Translations under genes and position numbers: made by a program
In this document: positions 9,136-9,941 of the stretch, piece after piece
How the letters are laid out: each line of letters opens with the position of its first letter
How positions within the stretch are numbered: the stretch's first letter is position 1
Notes under the pieces: generated by a model
What the model was told of the DNA's origin: nothing
The model's input: only the letters and a program-made list of their open reading frames with translations
Databases searched by the model: none
Assembly (NCBI GenBank): GCA_051294375.1
Contig: CM119267.1
Span: forward strand, 11,496,164 to 11,506,104
DNA: 9,941 nt
From: Paraspadella gotoi
Taxonomy: Eukaryota > Animalia > Chaetognatha
Direction: 5' to 3'

Positions 9136-9941
9136 ACTCAAGATGATTGAGGAATTCATTAGCGGTTGTGGCACTTTAACCCGCGACGGTCCTCGGATCC
9201 AGGTTTTTCACCGTTTCGAAATCTCTCTCTATCTGCGTCCATCTGCTTCCTCCAAGGCCGAGTCTCCTCTTCTCTCAGTCCTCTTTGTGCTCTCTCTCGG
9301 TCTCTCATCTCTCTCTTCCCTCTAATTTCATCTTGTGTCATTGCAGCCCCGTCTAGGCTGTGTAGATCGGTCTGTCGCGCGCTTCATGTACTCATACGTG
9401 ACTGGATGTAAACTCGAGGTCAGCCGTAGTCGCATTCGATCTTCATTGGATCCAAGTGCTCTCCTGCATCAGCTTCTCGTTCTCCTCTCATCCACTTCGT
9501 CTCTTCTTCTCTCTCTTGACTCTGGGCACGCGTCATGAGTCACTTTCGCTCGCCTATTCTTATCAATCTGCCGGGCGTCGAACTTTGCCTTCTCAATTTT
9601 CTCTCCCCATCCGTTTCTTTTCTTTCATTTCTTCGCCCTGTTTCCATTCCATTTTCTTTTCTTATACACTATTTCTATTCTTTCCACATAATCCTTTTTT
9701 TTCTTCAATAATTTCTGATTAGTTTCTCTTTTCTTTTGAATATTCATTGTAATATTACCTCGCTCTCGCTCTCTCTACTTCCGTTCTCATACACTTTGCC
9801 TTTCTTTCCTATTTGACTTCCATCAGCGCCATCACAATAACCTCCATCTTTGCCATCTTCGCCACCAACAGCTCCGTCGCTTATTTTCTTAATTTCCCAA
9901 AGGAAAGATCTTTCTCTTCCTTTTTAGTTTCGCCGCGAGTA

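Overview
This looks like non-coding eukaryotic DNA (intergenic or deep intronic) from a gapped draft assembly; I find no credible protein-coding gene, RNA gene or autonomous mobile element. The window is dominated by (TC)n/(GA)n microsatellites, degenerate GA-rich tracts, a ~500 bp degenerate hexamer repeat, alternating polypurine/polypyrimidine blocks and three N gaps (25, 229 and 225 N). The listed ORFs are explained by low-complexity sequence (ER, SL, F/L- or K-rich translations). CpG does not look depleted, which with the GA density suggests an invertebrate, possibly arthropod, genome (inference only). The short unique islands between repeats hold the interesting signals: a recursive-splice-like Yn-AG|GTAAG motif, a perfect 25 bp palindrome, an inverted E2F-like pair, promoter-like motif clusters and a possible degenerate tRNA-derived SINE head. 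All of these are low-confidence leads; the sequence alone does not support a new biological system.
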